Origin: Entomortierella parvispora E1425
Lineage: Eukaryota; Fungi; Mortierellomycota
NCBI GenBank assembly: GCA_020891255.1
Contig: BQFW01000002.1
Coordinates: 1,674,001-1,738,000, forward strand
Length of the DNA: 64,000 nucleotides
Direction: 5' to 3'
A program made the position numbers and the translations under genes. Positions 1 to 11,719 of this stretch are shown piece after piece (position 1 is the first letter of the stretch; every line of letters starts with the position of its first letter). Below the pieces are notes generated by a model. That model made no database searches, was not told the origin of the DNA, and saw only the letters and a program-made list of their open reading frames with translations.

Positions 1-1526
1 ATGTTGGTGACAGTCATTTGGTTGCGGGTCAATGTTCCAGTCTTATCGGTGGCGAGCAAGGTGATGGCACCCAAAGTTTCGACTCCAGTCAAATCCTTGA
101 CCAAGACATTCTGAGAGGCCATACGCTTGGCAGCGATGGTCAACAACATGGTGACGGTGGCAGGGAGACCCTCAGGGACCCAAGCAACAAAGATACCAAT
201 AGCAAAGTTGAGAGTGTTGGAGATTCCGCCTGCGGCGTGTTGGTAAACAGCAAAGTAGCCAATAAGGAAAAAGATGATGGCAGTGGAGATGGCAATGGTA
301 GCAATGATCTTGACAAAGTCATCGATTTCCTGGGAGAGAGGCGACTTTCCAGAGTCTTCACCGGCAGTCAATCCAGCAATCTGACCAAGAACAGTGTTGT
401 CACCGGTTCTGATGACCAAACCATAGCCCTCGCCGTTGACAACCAAAGAACCGTTGAAGGCAAGGTTGGTGGCCTCAAGGGGGTTGTTGTGCTCGTTTTT
501 GGGGTTACGGTCCTGAGGATCAGTCTCACCGGTGAGCGAGGAGTTGTCGACCTTCATGTCTGTGCAGGCGAAAATCATGATATCGGCTGGAATCTTGTCA
601 CCCATGCGAGCAAAGACAACATCACCCAGGACGAGGTCGGTGGCGGTGATCTGGACAACCTTTTGGTCACGGAGAACAAAACACTTTTGGGGCATCAGGT
701 TCAGGAAGGACTGGAGGACAGCAGCGGACTTTTGGGCTTGGTAGAACTCGATCAATGCATTAATGAACGCCACAATGATCAGAATGGCACCGAGGTAGGT
801 CTATGGGCAAAAAAAAGATGATCCAAGGGGCGGAGGTCTGGATTAGTGGCTGTCTACGGCGAATGTATCTTTTGGGCTGCAGTGAGCGCCACATCTCTCA
901 TATTAAAAATAACAGGATATTCAATTATTTGTATATCTGCAATTGAGCCGAACTTACATTCACTTTGTTATCCTTGGGATCCACGGCCAACAAGATATAG
1001 TTAAGGATACCAGCCAAGATCAGCAACAAGTTGAAGAGCGAGGTCAAGCAGTGGATGAACTTCATGAAGGGCGAGATTTGCTTGGGTGGCGAGAGGATAT
1101 TGGGTCCGTTTTCGATCAAGCGCTGTGCGGCGACCGCAGAGTCGAGACCTCTGCTGTTTCCGGCCTTTGCTTCATCAATGCTCACGCCATGTCTCTGGGC
1201 AATTTCCTCGATGGGGAACAAGTGCTCAGTCTGACGAAAGAGAACAAACTGGTTAGCACAGTGACCAAAAAAGTGTCCAGCACAACTATCACGGATTCGG
1301 ACTTGGGCCTTACAATGTCGAGTGTCTTTTCCTTGACGTTTTTGGACTTGTCGACACCTTTGCCCTTCCCTTGCACGTGTTCCTTTTCCGAATAGGCGGG
1401 AACATCCTTTTCATTGGTAGAGGGGATGGTTTTGGTGCGAGTCATCTTGAGAGGCTCCTCAAAAGCAATCTTTGAGGGGTCCTGCTCGATCTCGATGGTG
1501 GTGGACGCTCCGTTGCTGGAAGCCAT
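1..1526 (-). CDS. P-type ATPase, Na+/K+-ATPase alpha-like (type IIC-like); 5' part, runs off the left edge
   Basis: Spliced exons 1526-1314, 1230-958 and ~800-1 with GT-AG introns. They encode NGPNILSPP, DKIPAD, VDNSSLTGET, VAWVPEGLPATVT, KRMASQNVLVKDLTGVETLG and the phosphorylation motif DKTGT (33-47). Confidence 0.93.
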
Positions 1527-2181
1527 GCCTGAAGGGGGGAGAGAGATGGCCAAGGACCTTGTGGGAAGAGGAAGGACAGGTGTGTGAACTCGAGTCTGCG
1601 AAGGGGGGAGGGGAAGATGGAGAGGGGCGGGAGGAAGGGAAGGGAAGGAGGGAAGGAGAAGAGGGAGAGTACGAGATGAAGAGGTCGACAGTAGGAAAAA
1701 GAGAGAGGGGGCGGGAGCGAGGCCCTATTTATGAGGTGGGAGGGGAAAAAGCTAAAATGGGTGTCAGCACGAATTGATCCAGAACGAACAGACGGACACA
1801 GAAAAGAAAGCGCGCGATGACCAGCACCGCACTGTGGCAAAACAACGAACGATAAACAAAAGGGGAGAAAGAAGGGGCGCCGGCGGGGGGACAGCACCAT
1901 CAACACCATCCTTGTGTGGATGGACGGTCGACCGACGAGTGGGAGTTGAGCCCTGAGAAAAAAAAAGGAGTTTGGATCGAGAGCGGACTTTTGGGGAAAT
2001 GATCCAATGCCCGTTTGGAAGTTGTCCACTGGGACAAAAAATCGACCAGGGGCGAGGAAATGTTGATCCAGCCAATGGGCCACAGAGTCGGGGTGTGAGC
2101 GCGGTTATTGATGGCTCGCATGGAAGGTAATTTTGGCCAAAAGCCAAAGTCCCGATGCGGCAGGATTGAGGAAATGAGGGA

Positions 2182-2182
2182 T

Positions 2183-2217
<35 letters not shown>

Positions 2218-2229
2218 CTTCTTTTTTTT
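2182..2229. repeat. Poly(T) tract
   Basis: Read directly. Similar poly(A/T) tracts occur at 43558-43587, ~54239-54262 and ~54444-54470. Confidence 0.9.
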
Positions 2230-3980
2230 AGAGGTGATGATGATTTGTTTGCCCTATCTGGAGGACACGATACTCTCAGAGCAAAGGGGGTATGTAATGG
2301 AAAGCAGGCGTGGAGGATGGGCCAGGGGGCCTTTGTCGCTGATGTTAGAGTTGCTGAAGGGCGGGCGAGGGGGGAGTGCAGTGGAAAAATGAAGGGATGC
2401 TTGTCCTCGCTTTCTCCACTTGGGCAACGATCCATAACGGCGGGAAAAGGCAAAAAAAAGTCCGAACTGCAGGGTCCTTATCCTTGTCCTTCAGTCAAAG
2501 ACGTAATGAGAGTATCTGACAATCCACTGCCACGTTGCTGCTCTTTCCCCTGCCTTCTATGTCATATCTTGGATTACACTTCCTTTCACCCTTTCAGCCC
2601 TTTTTTTGCGCCTGTTTAAAGTCGTCTGTGACCCGTTGAGATTCAACTCTCCCTCCTGCCCCCAACCGTGATGACAATGCTCGCAAAGAAACGGAGCAAA
2701 CAAACAAGAGCTCAGCGAAAGAGTCTACGGGAGCAATTGGCATCCTTCTGATTTCCAACATGTTCCAGTGCCACAAAAGAGCTGCTGTTCCTCTCAGTTG
2801 GAGTGCTCCTCTTTGCCACAACTTGGACGACCCCCCGGTACCATAGATTCATATGACGTACTAATTTTGACTTACCACTCAAAGAGTCCAAGGGTCAAAG
2901 AGCCTTCTCCTTTGGACAACAATGATCAACAGTGGGATACAAGGAGAGGGCGTGACTTGATGGGGGAGTTTGTTTGGCCGATAGTCAAGACTTGACAAGC
3001 AGGGATCAAAGAAACAAATCGGCGGCAGCGAGCCTTGAGGAGTGAGAGCGTCAAAGACAAGGGGCACCGAAGGGCAAAGGGGTCAGACGGATAGGTTTAG
3101 GTGACTGTGTCTTGAAGTGAGTGTTGAAGAGAATAAGAAAAAGGCAAGGATCGATAGATGGAGGGGATATGGAGGAAAAGTGAGATCCTCCTCTCTTTTT
3201 AACCATCGCGAACTCGAGTATTACTCCTAGATCCGCTTAATTCTCGCTCGATTTCACTTTTTTGCGCTATTTTTTTTTTTTTTTAAAAAAAAGTGAGCGG
3301 GACTGGACATCACAGGAGACTGCAGTAGGCACGCAACCGTCATGACATGCTGCGAGATAGGGCCGAAATTTCCTAAAGATCGAGTTCTGGATGTGGCACT
3401 AGTGTGTCACAAAGGTGGCCCCTGTCCAGAAGGTCATTACCTCATTAGCTTTCCACGAGAGAAAAGACAAAGGCATCGCACTCACGCACCCTGTTTTTTT
3501 GCGCGGGGTGGCTGCCAGAGATAGAGATCAATGATCTCTCTACTTTTGCCACTCTTCGACCCCTACAGGCCATCGTTAGTTACGGAAGGGGCACTCATTT
3601 CAGGAGCACTGGAAGTTTGCCACAGGCCCAGCAAAGATCGGTGCCTGCAAACAGCCGAGTGAAGAGCGAGTCAGGGCACCACATAGTTCGACGCGTCCCT
3701 GTGACGAACAGCAGTCACTAGTCTTGTCTCCAGCCAATAGCAGGACGCCAAAGCAAGTGAGCGATGTTGAACAATGTCATCCTTCCCTTCACTCATACGT
3801 TGAAGATTCAGACGACCCACATTACTAGCAGGACAAGAATAAGATCATCGACAGACTCACTAGAAAACGCCAAGCCCGTCAGGAAAGAATATCACATCGT
3901 TAACGACCCTTGCGTCCCAGTGTCGTTTCTTCCACATCCCGCAATTTCACTCAAGAGTTACATTCAGCACTTCCGAGAGA

Positions 3981-5286
3981 ATGCCCATCCCAATAGAAAC
4001 CTGGTACTACGACGTACCTCTGGTGACAAGGCTCTATTTCACTGGCGCTGCGTTGGTGGCGTTGGCGGTTGTAAGCCTACAGTAGGAGGACATTTGTGAA
4101 CTGGGATGCATATACGCTTCTACGCCGCTAAGCAAAACGTTTGTGGTGCTTGTTTCGTTGTCAATAGCAAACAGGATTCACCAACGCATTCCAGCTATAC
4201 TTTGACTATGAGCTGGTTTTCTATCAGAACCAGGTACTGCTAGCCGAAACAGTGCTATTCAACCATTGCCTTTGAGAGATTCTGGATCTGCTAACGGACA
4301 GCTGTGCCTCATGATCAATAGTTCTGGCGACCGATCACCACTTTTCTATACTTTGGACCTTTAGGACTGGATTTTGTATTCCACATGTTTTTCCTGTAAG
4401 ATGCAGTTGTGAATTTAGAAATTCTAGGCCATGTCAAGTATCGGTCAGACTTTTTATTGACTTTTTGGTTTCATCTCTGTAGTGTAAGGTACAGCAGGAT
4501 GCTGGAAGAAGGCTCATTTTATGGCCGTACCATGGATTATGCCTGGATGTTATTCCTGTCTGCCGTGTCTCTCCTGGTAAACAGCACATTCATATTAGAT
4601 CATACTCTGGAAAACACCAAGCGATTGTTATTGACAGTATAAGGACATTTGCTCTCCCAGTGCTTGTCACCGTTTGTTTCCATGCCCTTCCTTGGATCGC
4701 CATTGGCTTTCACTCTGGTCTACATCTGGTCTCGCCGCAATCCATCAATTCCGCTAAACTTTTTAGGGCTTTTTGTTTTTACCGCGCCCTACTTGCCCTG
4801 GGTATTACTTGGGTTTACGCTGCTCCTGAACAGCCACTTCCCTACAGGCGATCTCATGGGTATTGCTGTGGGCCATGTCTATTACTTTTTTGAAGACGTC
4901 TGGCCTAAAGAGCAGGCATCGGGTGGCAGACGGTACCTCGAAACTCCCTTGATTTTGTAAGTTAGCGAATGCAGTGCTAGTGACATCAAAGGAGGTTACG
5001 TTATTTCTCATTGTTTCCCATCATGTTTTTACTTTGTAGCACTCGGCGGAGAGGCACCCATATTTCAGCAGAAATTCAGGAGGAATTCCTCCAGGAGGAG
5101 CAAGAGGTCCACGATCAACAGAGCGATGAAGCATATGCAGGCATTGAGTCTAGTAGCTCATCACACCCTGTTGAACCTCATTCCCCACCATCAGAGACCG
5201 CAACAGGGACGGCCTTTGAAGATCGTGCACGGTTGGAGGCGACAAATAGAAGACCCATCGGAAGTGGCTCCCAACAAGATTTGTAG
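3981..5286 (+). CDS. DER1: Derlin (ERAD membrane protein, Der1-like family)
   Basis: Multi-exon. MPIPIETWYYDVPLVTRLYF, FWRPITTFLYFG, FHMFFLVRYSRMLEEGSF, VYIWSRRNP, FTAPYLPWVLLGF and GIAVGHVYYFFEDVWP are derlin signature segments. Confidence 0.93.
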
Positions 5287-5785
5287 ATCATGGATCGGAC
5301 CTGCTTGCTGCAGCCTTGAAGCTGGACTTGGACGCCACGCACCCTTCCTCAATGGTGAAATAAACCAAATACCGATGCTATTAGACCTAGGCGCTCTGCC
5401 AGAACCGAGAGAACTTGGGTTGAGGTTATTTGAAGAGCTGTGATAGAGACAGGGCAAGGGGTTCTTTTTTCATCGTCCGCTTCCCATGCTCCGTGGACAC
5501 TGTGGAAGAAAACTGGAGAGGAAGAAAAGAAGCAGGGCTAGCAGGTGGGAGAGAAAAGAAGGAAACAAAGAGAGCGATCGTCTCCTTCGGCTCTGGCCTT
5601 GATTTGATGGAGAAAGTCGGACTCGGACAAAACCTTCACGTGAACGGTAACCTTTATGTCACTCACCGCAAAGAAGAATTGCCCGGCTGGTGACAAGACA
5701 GCGCTCATATATATAGTAGACAAGTTCCCCCGCATTCCTCCATCCATCACTCTCGAATCTCCCCCATCCCTTCGTGTACATCATC

Positions 5786-7147
5786 ATGTCTGCCGTCAGC
5801 TTACCCATCAATGTCCAGCCCTGGCTCAAGTACACTGCCACGACCGTCGGTCGTGACAAGATCTACAGAGCAGTCCAGTACTTCTCCCGCTTCCTCGCCT
5901 GGTACCTTCTCCGCCAGGGCGCCACCAAGGATACTGTCGCTCGCTTCAACAACCTCAAGAAGACTCTCGGCTTGTCCCGCAAGTGTAAGTAAACACCACT
6001 TGACAATGTTGCTCCAACTCATGACCCGATCTTTTTCCCAAATGCCACTCTTTGGAAATGGATGTACCCTTGCAAAGGAACCCAGCTTGATACACCCCGC
6101 CTAACCAACTCTTGATTTTCCCCTTTCTTAGTGATGCGATTCGGTAAGAGTCCTCGGGAAGCAACAACCCTTTGATATTGCCGAGGAATTAGACCTTCAT
6201 GGCGAGCAGACAGGAGAAGTGGACGTCATAAAAAATTAACAGTGTTTTGTCGCCTCACCTTCTATGTTCTCTAGGCAAGCCCATTGAGCACTTGGACGGA
6301 GCAGTGAAGGCTACTGCTGTCAAGGACGAGTTCCTCAGATACTGCGCCATTGGCAAGCAGCTCGCCTACGCTGGTTACTTGACTCTTGACGGACTCATCT
6401 TTGTAAGTATCACCAAGCAGACCTTGGCCGATCTTGCACATTTGTCGTAGATCCACTTTTCTATCACATGTCACGTCACAGCTCGCGTGGTTCGTTTGTC
6501 ATGTCTTTCACGTCCAATTGCCCTCAAGCTGACAACTGACAACAATCTCCCTGTTCTTGCTGTTTCCCTCCTCTTCCAGATTGATGGATCTGGCGCCTAC
6601 AAGTTCCAGAACATCAAGAAGTACAGCGAGCTCGCCAACCGCTTCTGGTTGGCCGGAATTACCTTTGGCTTCATCAGTGGTCTTTACAAGACCCGCCAAA
6701 TCCAGATCCGTCGCGAGACTGCTGCCCGTGGCCTTGCCCACCAGGGCGAATCTGAGAAGTCCCAAGCTCGCACTGAGCTCAAGTCTCTTGCCAAGTATTT
6801 TTTTAAGACTGAATGGTGTTTTGTAGTTTTTTTTTTTTTTTGTGCTGACATGTTTGGTTCTTTTTTTACTTCTTGATTAGGGAGCAGCACGGTGTCAACA
6901 AGCAGCTTCTCCAGGATGGTTTGGACATGCTCATTCCCTCTACTGGCTTGGGATATCTGTCCTTGGACGACGGTGCCATTGGTCTTATTGGGTAATTACG
7001 AGAGAATATCAAATTTTATCAGTCATCGCATGGTATATCAATGTTCTTTGCGACTCAATATTTTCATTTGTATCGTTCTTGCTTCTTAGTACCGCCACCG
7101 CCATCATGGGGGCCAAGACTCAGTGGGCTAAGGTTAACAAGGCATAG
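5786..7147 (+). CDS. PEX11: Peroxisomal biogenesis factor 11
   Basis: Six exons: 5786-~5985, 6132-6143, 6275-6402, 6580-6794, 6881-~6990, ~7090-7147. They give TTVGRDKIYRAVQYFSRFL, LGLSRKLMRFGKPIEH, ANRFWLAGI and QDGLDMLIPSTGLGYL. Confidence 0.93.
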
Positions 7148-7663
7148 GTTAACTTTGCAAGACATGAACACAATCTCACACAACATGCACACACCGCCAT
7201 CGTGCACACGTAGACGCGCAGTACATGAACAACTTGCGAAGACGGAGTTGATCACGCCCCTGGCAGGCACAAACCGAAATAAAATAGCTCGTAATTATTG
7301 CAAAAAGTGATAAGTGGAGGAAGGTATGAGAGATAAAGACCGCAAATAGGAGTGAAAGCGATGCAATGCAAAAGCAGGAAGACCACAAGCAAAGCAAAGC
7401 AAGAAGCTGCAGAAGCAAGATGTCCCTGACCAGCAGGAACATTGCACCTAAAAATAACATTGTTCGCTCCCGGATCGAATCAGATTGCCTGGAGCGAGAG
7501 GGTGCACTCAATTCGCGCTTGTCTGAAATTGGATCCTGGTCGGTCCTGGACCAGGCACGGCACAGGTACAGGGCTAGTTGCTGCTCAGTCCTTCTTTTCT
7601 TCTCTTGCTCTCTCTTCTTCATCATCCCCCGCACTTTCTCAATCCCCATCTTCATCCTTCACC

Positions 7664-9724
7664 ATGGTTAACATCTGCTGTATCGGTGCCGGCTACGTCG
7701 GTAAGTCCTCTCCGCCTGTTTCCTCTCCATCGCTGTAGCAGCTTTGCACTCGGCCCGATCGTGGTGACTTGAAAGTCAAACAAAGGAATCTGATCCCCTT
7801 TTCCATCGATGCACTGCTGCCTGCTCTTCGCCTCTGGCTGATCCCATCTGTTCTCTTCCACTCACCTCCCTGTTCTCATTTCTCCTAATGCTACAGGTGG
7901 TCCCAGTTCTGCTGTCATTGCCTACCAGTGCCATGATGTCAATGTCACGATCGTCGACTTGAACCAGGCCCGTATCGATGCCTGGAACTCGGATAACCTC
8001 CCCATCTACGAGCCTGGTTTGGATGAGGTTGTTTTTGCGCGTCGCGGCAAGAACTTATTCTTCTCCACCAACGTTGACCAGGCCATCATCGATGCCGATC
8101 TGATCTTTGTGTCTGTCAACACCCCCACCAAGAAGTCTGGCATGGGTGCTGGAATGGCTGCTGATCTTGCGTAAGTGTGTGTCTGTGTATGCGTGAATGT
8201 TGAGATAACTTTGGTGCTAGGGAACCACACCGACCACCCTTCCGCCTTCAACCGAGCAGGCACGACTGAGCGTGGGAGAAAAAGAAGAATGTTAACAATG
8301 GGAGCACTACAGGGTGCAAAGCAGGAGCACGTTGTCGTGTCGTCGTGCTGACCCTGGATCAGTTGAGTGTTCAGCAAGGACAGAATTGAAATCATGCACA
8401 GCCAGGCCAACAGCACAACAGGGGACAACAGGGGACAACAGAGGCATTGACGCAACACCACCAGCACTTGTCCAATGGCCTTCGTATCATTTTGAAGCTC
8501 GTGCAACATACTAAGCCTGCTTCTTGTATCAATAGCTACATCGAGACCGCCACCCGTCGCATCGCAGAGGTTGCCACCACCTCCAAGATCGTGATTGAAA
8601 AGTCGACTGTCCCTTGCCGCACTGCCCAGAGCATGCGCACCATTCTTGAGGCCAACTCGAGCAAGGACATCCGCTTCGACATTCTGTCCAACCCCGAGTT
8701 CTTGGCTGAGGGTACCGCCATCAACGACCTGACTAACCCTGATCGCGTCTTGATCGGATGCCTCCAGACCCCCGAAGGTTTTGCTGCTCAGCAAAAGTTG
8801 GTTGATGTCTACAGCCGCTGGATTCCCAAGGAGCGTGTCATCACCATGAACTTGTGGTCGTCTGAGCTCTCCAAGTTGGCCGCCAACGCCCTTCTTGCTC
8901 AGCGTATCTCTTCCATCAACGCCCTCTCTGCTATTTGCGAGGCCACTGGTGCTGATGTCGACGAGGTTGCCTATGCTTGCGGTACTGACTCCCGTATTGG
9001 ACCCAAGTTCTTGAAGGCCTCGGTCGGTTTCGGAGGTTCTTGCTTCCAGAAGGATATTCTCAATTTGGTCTACCTCAGCGAGCAGTTCTTCTTGCCCGAG
9101 GTCGCCGCTTACTGGAAGTCTGTTGTCACCATGAACGAGTACCAGAAGATGCGCTTCACCCACCGTATTGTTCGCACCCTGTTCAACACTGTTACCCACA
9201 AGCGCATCGCCCTTCTCGGCTTTGCTTTCAAGAAGGACACTGGTGACACCCGCGAGTCCGCTGCCATTACTCTTTCCAGCTACTTGATCCAGGAGCGTGC
9301 TCATGTTGCCATCTATGACCCCAAGGTCAGCGCCAAGCAGATCAAACTCGACCTTACCGAGCCCGGTGTCGGCACCAACGAGGCTGAGGGTAAGAATATG
9401 ATTTCAGATCCATCACGGAGCAATAGCTGAACATTTAATATTGGAAAAGGTCACAAGCTAACATGATTCGTCTTTGGGTTCTATTGATAATTAGTTGAGA
9501 AGCATGTTGAGATCTGCAACAGTGCCTACGAGGCTTGCGCAGGTGCTGCCGCCTTGGTGATCTGCACTGAGTGGGACGAGTTCAAGATGGCCCAGCTTGA
9601 CTACCAAAAGATCTATGACTCTATGCAAAAGCCCGCCTTCATCTTTGATGGTCGCTTGATCTTGGATGCCCCCAAGCTTCGCGAGATTGGTTTCCGTGTG
9701 GAGACCATTGGAAAGTCTGCTTAA
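7664..9724 (+). CDS. UGD1: UDP-glucose 6-dehydrogenase
   Basis: Four exons. Rossmann motif [45 protein letters not shown], catalytic [30 protein letters not shown]. Confidence 0.97.
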
Positions 9725-10831
9725 ACAGGGACGTGCCGACCAGTTCAATCTTCCATCCTTGCATTTTGTTTTGATCCCCTTTGCTCAGACCGCCTCGGAC
9801 TTTCTTCCTTTGTAGTTGTAGTTTCCTTCCATCCATCGTCATCATATATCCTCTACAGAATCTGAAAGGCACCACCTTTTATATTATTTCCTTCTTTTTC
9901 GTTTCTTCTTGTGGTCATTCCTCCAACGACCATCATACCAATCAAATGTCAAATAAAACATGAAGAAAGAAAAAAAAAGAAACCAAACAATATCAGGGAC
10001 ATCAATTGCAATGGATATATTGACCACTATTGGTTCCAGAGGATGGACCAGATGACAATCTCTGTAGAAAACCACCCAGTAATGATGTTGACAAGCGGCA
10101 GGTACCATCCAGCATTTGATGAGGGAGGAACAGACAAATCAAATCATTTCATTGCTCTCTCTTTCTGAGAACACAAATTATGAACAGGGATTCTGTTTCA
10201 CCTTTTTTTTTTAAACATTTTTTTTTGAATATCCTCCTGTGCTGCTGTAGTGGATAAAAAAATCCACCCTTTGGGATGGGACGTTGGCTTACGAGGTTGT
10301 TCTATTCCTGACAGGCAGGTCTGATCGATGCACCTGCAGTGGGGTCTGTGGGCAAGTTTGCAATATGATCACATATTGGGATGGTCCAAATGGGACAAAC
10401 AAAAAAGTGGGTGAGTGGTGGCTCTGACAGGTTCCGCCACTCTTTTTTTTTTGTTTTTGTGTTTGCTTATTGGAGAAACCATCACCCCCTTTTTTTTTTA
10501 CTCACTTCCAGGATGGCAGCTCGATGAAGCACGGAAGGGGACAACACGCGCGCGCGCTGAGCTTGTCTTTGTCCTTTGGAGAACGAGGAAGGGTTCATTG
10601 GTCTGAGCTGGAACGAGGGAAGGAGGGAAGGAAGGAAGGAAGGCAAAAGAGGACCGCAGGGACGATCAGATCTCCTCTTACTCTTTCGATCCGTGATCCG
10701 CTCCTTCTTTCGCTTGAGCAAACAAACGGACGGCGATTGGCCACAAGGTTGAAGTCGCACAGGAGGAGCAGGTCAGGACGAACGAACGAACGAAGGGAGC
10801 ACAAAGGTAGAGTGGAGAAAGAACAAAGGAA

Positions 10832-10863
<32 letters not shown>

Positions 10864-11265
10864 GAACCAACAGAACAGCCAGCGACAAGAGGACAAAAAA
10901 AAAACCGCCTCTCTTGAACACCTGCTCTCTTCTCTTGTTCTTGGTCTTGTTCTCTTGTTCTTGCTCTTGCTCTTGTTCTTGTCCTTGTCCTCTTTTTTCC
11001 TCTCCTGCTCTCCTTTGCTCTGCTCTGCTCTGCCCTGCACAATCACCATTCTCTGTCATCCCTCATCCCCTCTTGTCTTCTCCATCCATCCCCACGCTGC
11101 ATCTGCATCTGCATCTCTTCTCCTCATTGTCTCGTTCCTCCCCTTCTCTCTCTCTTTGCTTCTACCTGTTGCTCGTCCAACCCGACCTGGTCCCTGGCCC
11201 TGAACGAGACCTCGTTGGCTGTGACTCTGCCTGACCTGACACGGCCTGACCTGATACCTTGCACT

Positions 11266-11300
11266 CCTTACATTCCTTACATTCCTTACATTCCTTACGT
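11266..11300. repeat. Tandem 9-mer (CCTTACATT)x3 + CCTTACGT
   Basis: Read directly, upstream of the VPS9 gene. An adjacent CCTGACCTGA repeat lies at ~11230-11255. Confidence 0.9.
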
Positions 11301-11719
11301 TCCCCCCACGTCTCTTCATTCGACGAACAGCTCCTCCTCTGGATCCCCTCTTGGGCACCACCGATGCCATGCCATCTCCGTCTCTTCTCTGCCCCGCCCT
11401 CCCTCCGCCCTCCCCTCGCCTGTAAATAGCTCGCCTGGCTTGCCACCATTTGTATTTTTTTCTTCGTTATTTTTGCCGCCAATCTTTTGCTGGCCTCGCC
11501 TCCCACATCGCACGTCGTCGTCGACCTTTGCCCATCCTTTTCCTCGGTTCTCCTCTCTCTGCCCCTACTGCCCTGCCGACGATACCTCCACCCATCGCCA
11601 CCTTATCTTGTTTTTCTATTTGGCAGTTACTACTTTGACCAACTCTGCTGCACCCCTGCTCGGCCCTTGTTTGGTGAATCCCGACCCTCTTTCATAGCCC
11701 GCTTTTCCCCTCCCTCCAC

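Noticed and set aside
18-821. 267-aa plus-strand ORF
   Set aside because: Antisense shadow of the P-type ATPase exon.
8006-9304. 432-aa antisense ORF opposite UDP-glucose dehydrogenase
   Set aside because: Shadow of strong C-ending codon bias in a highly expressed gene; it also crosses an intron and has no recognisable motifs.
10415-11700. Many overlapping ORFs rich in K/R/F/S/C
   Set aside because: Translations of purine/pyrimidine microsatellite-like promoter or UTR sequence.
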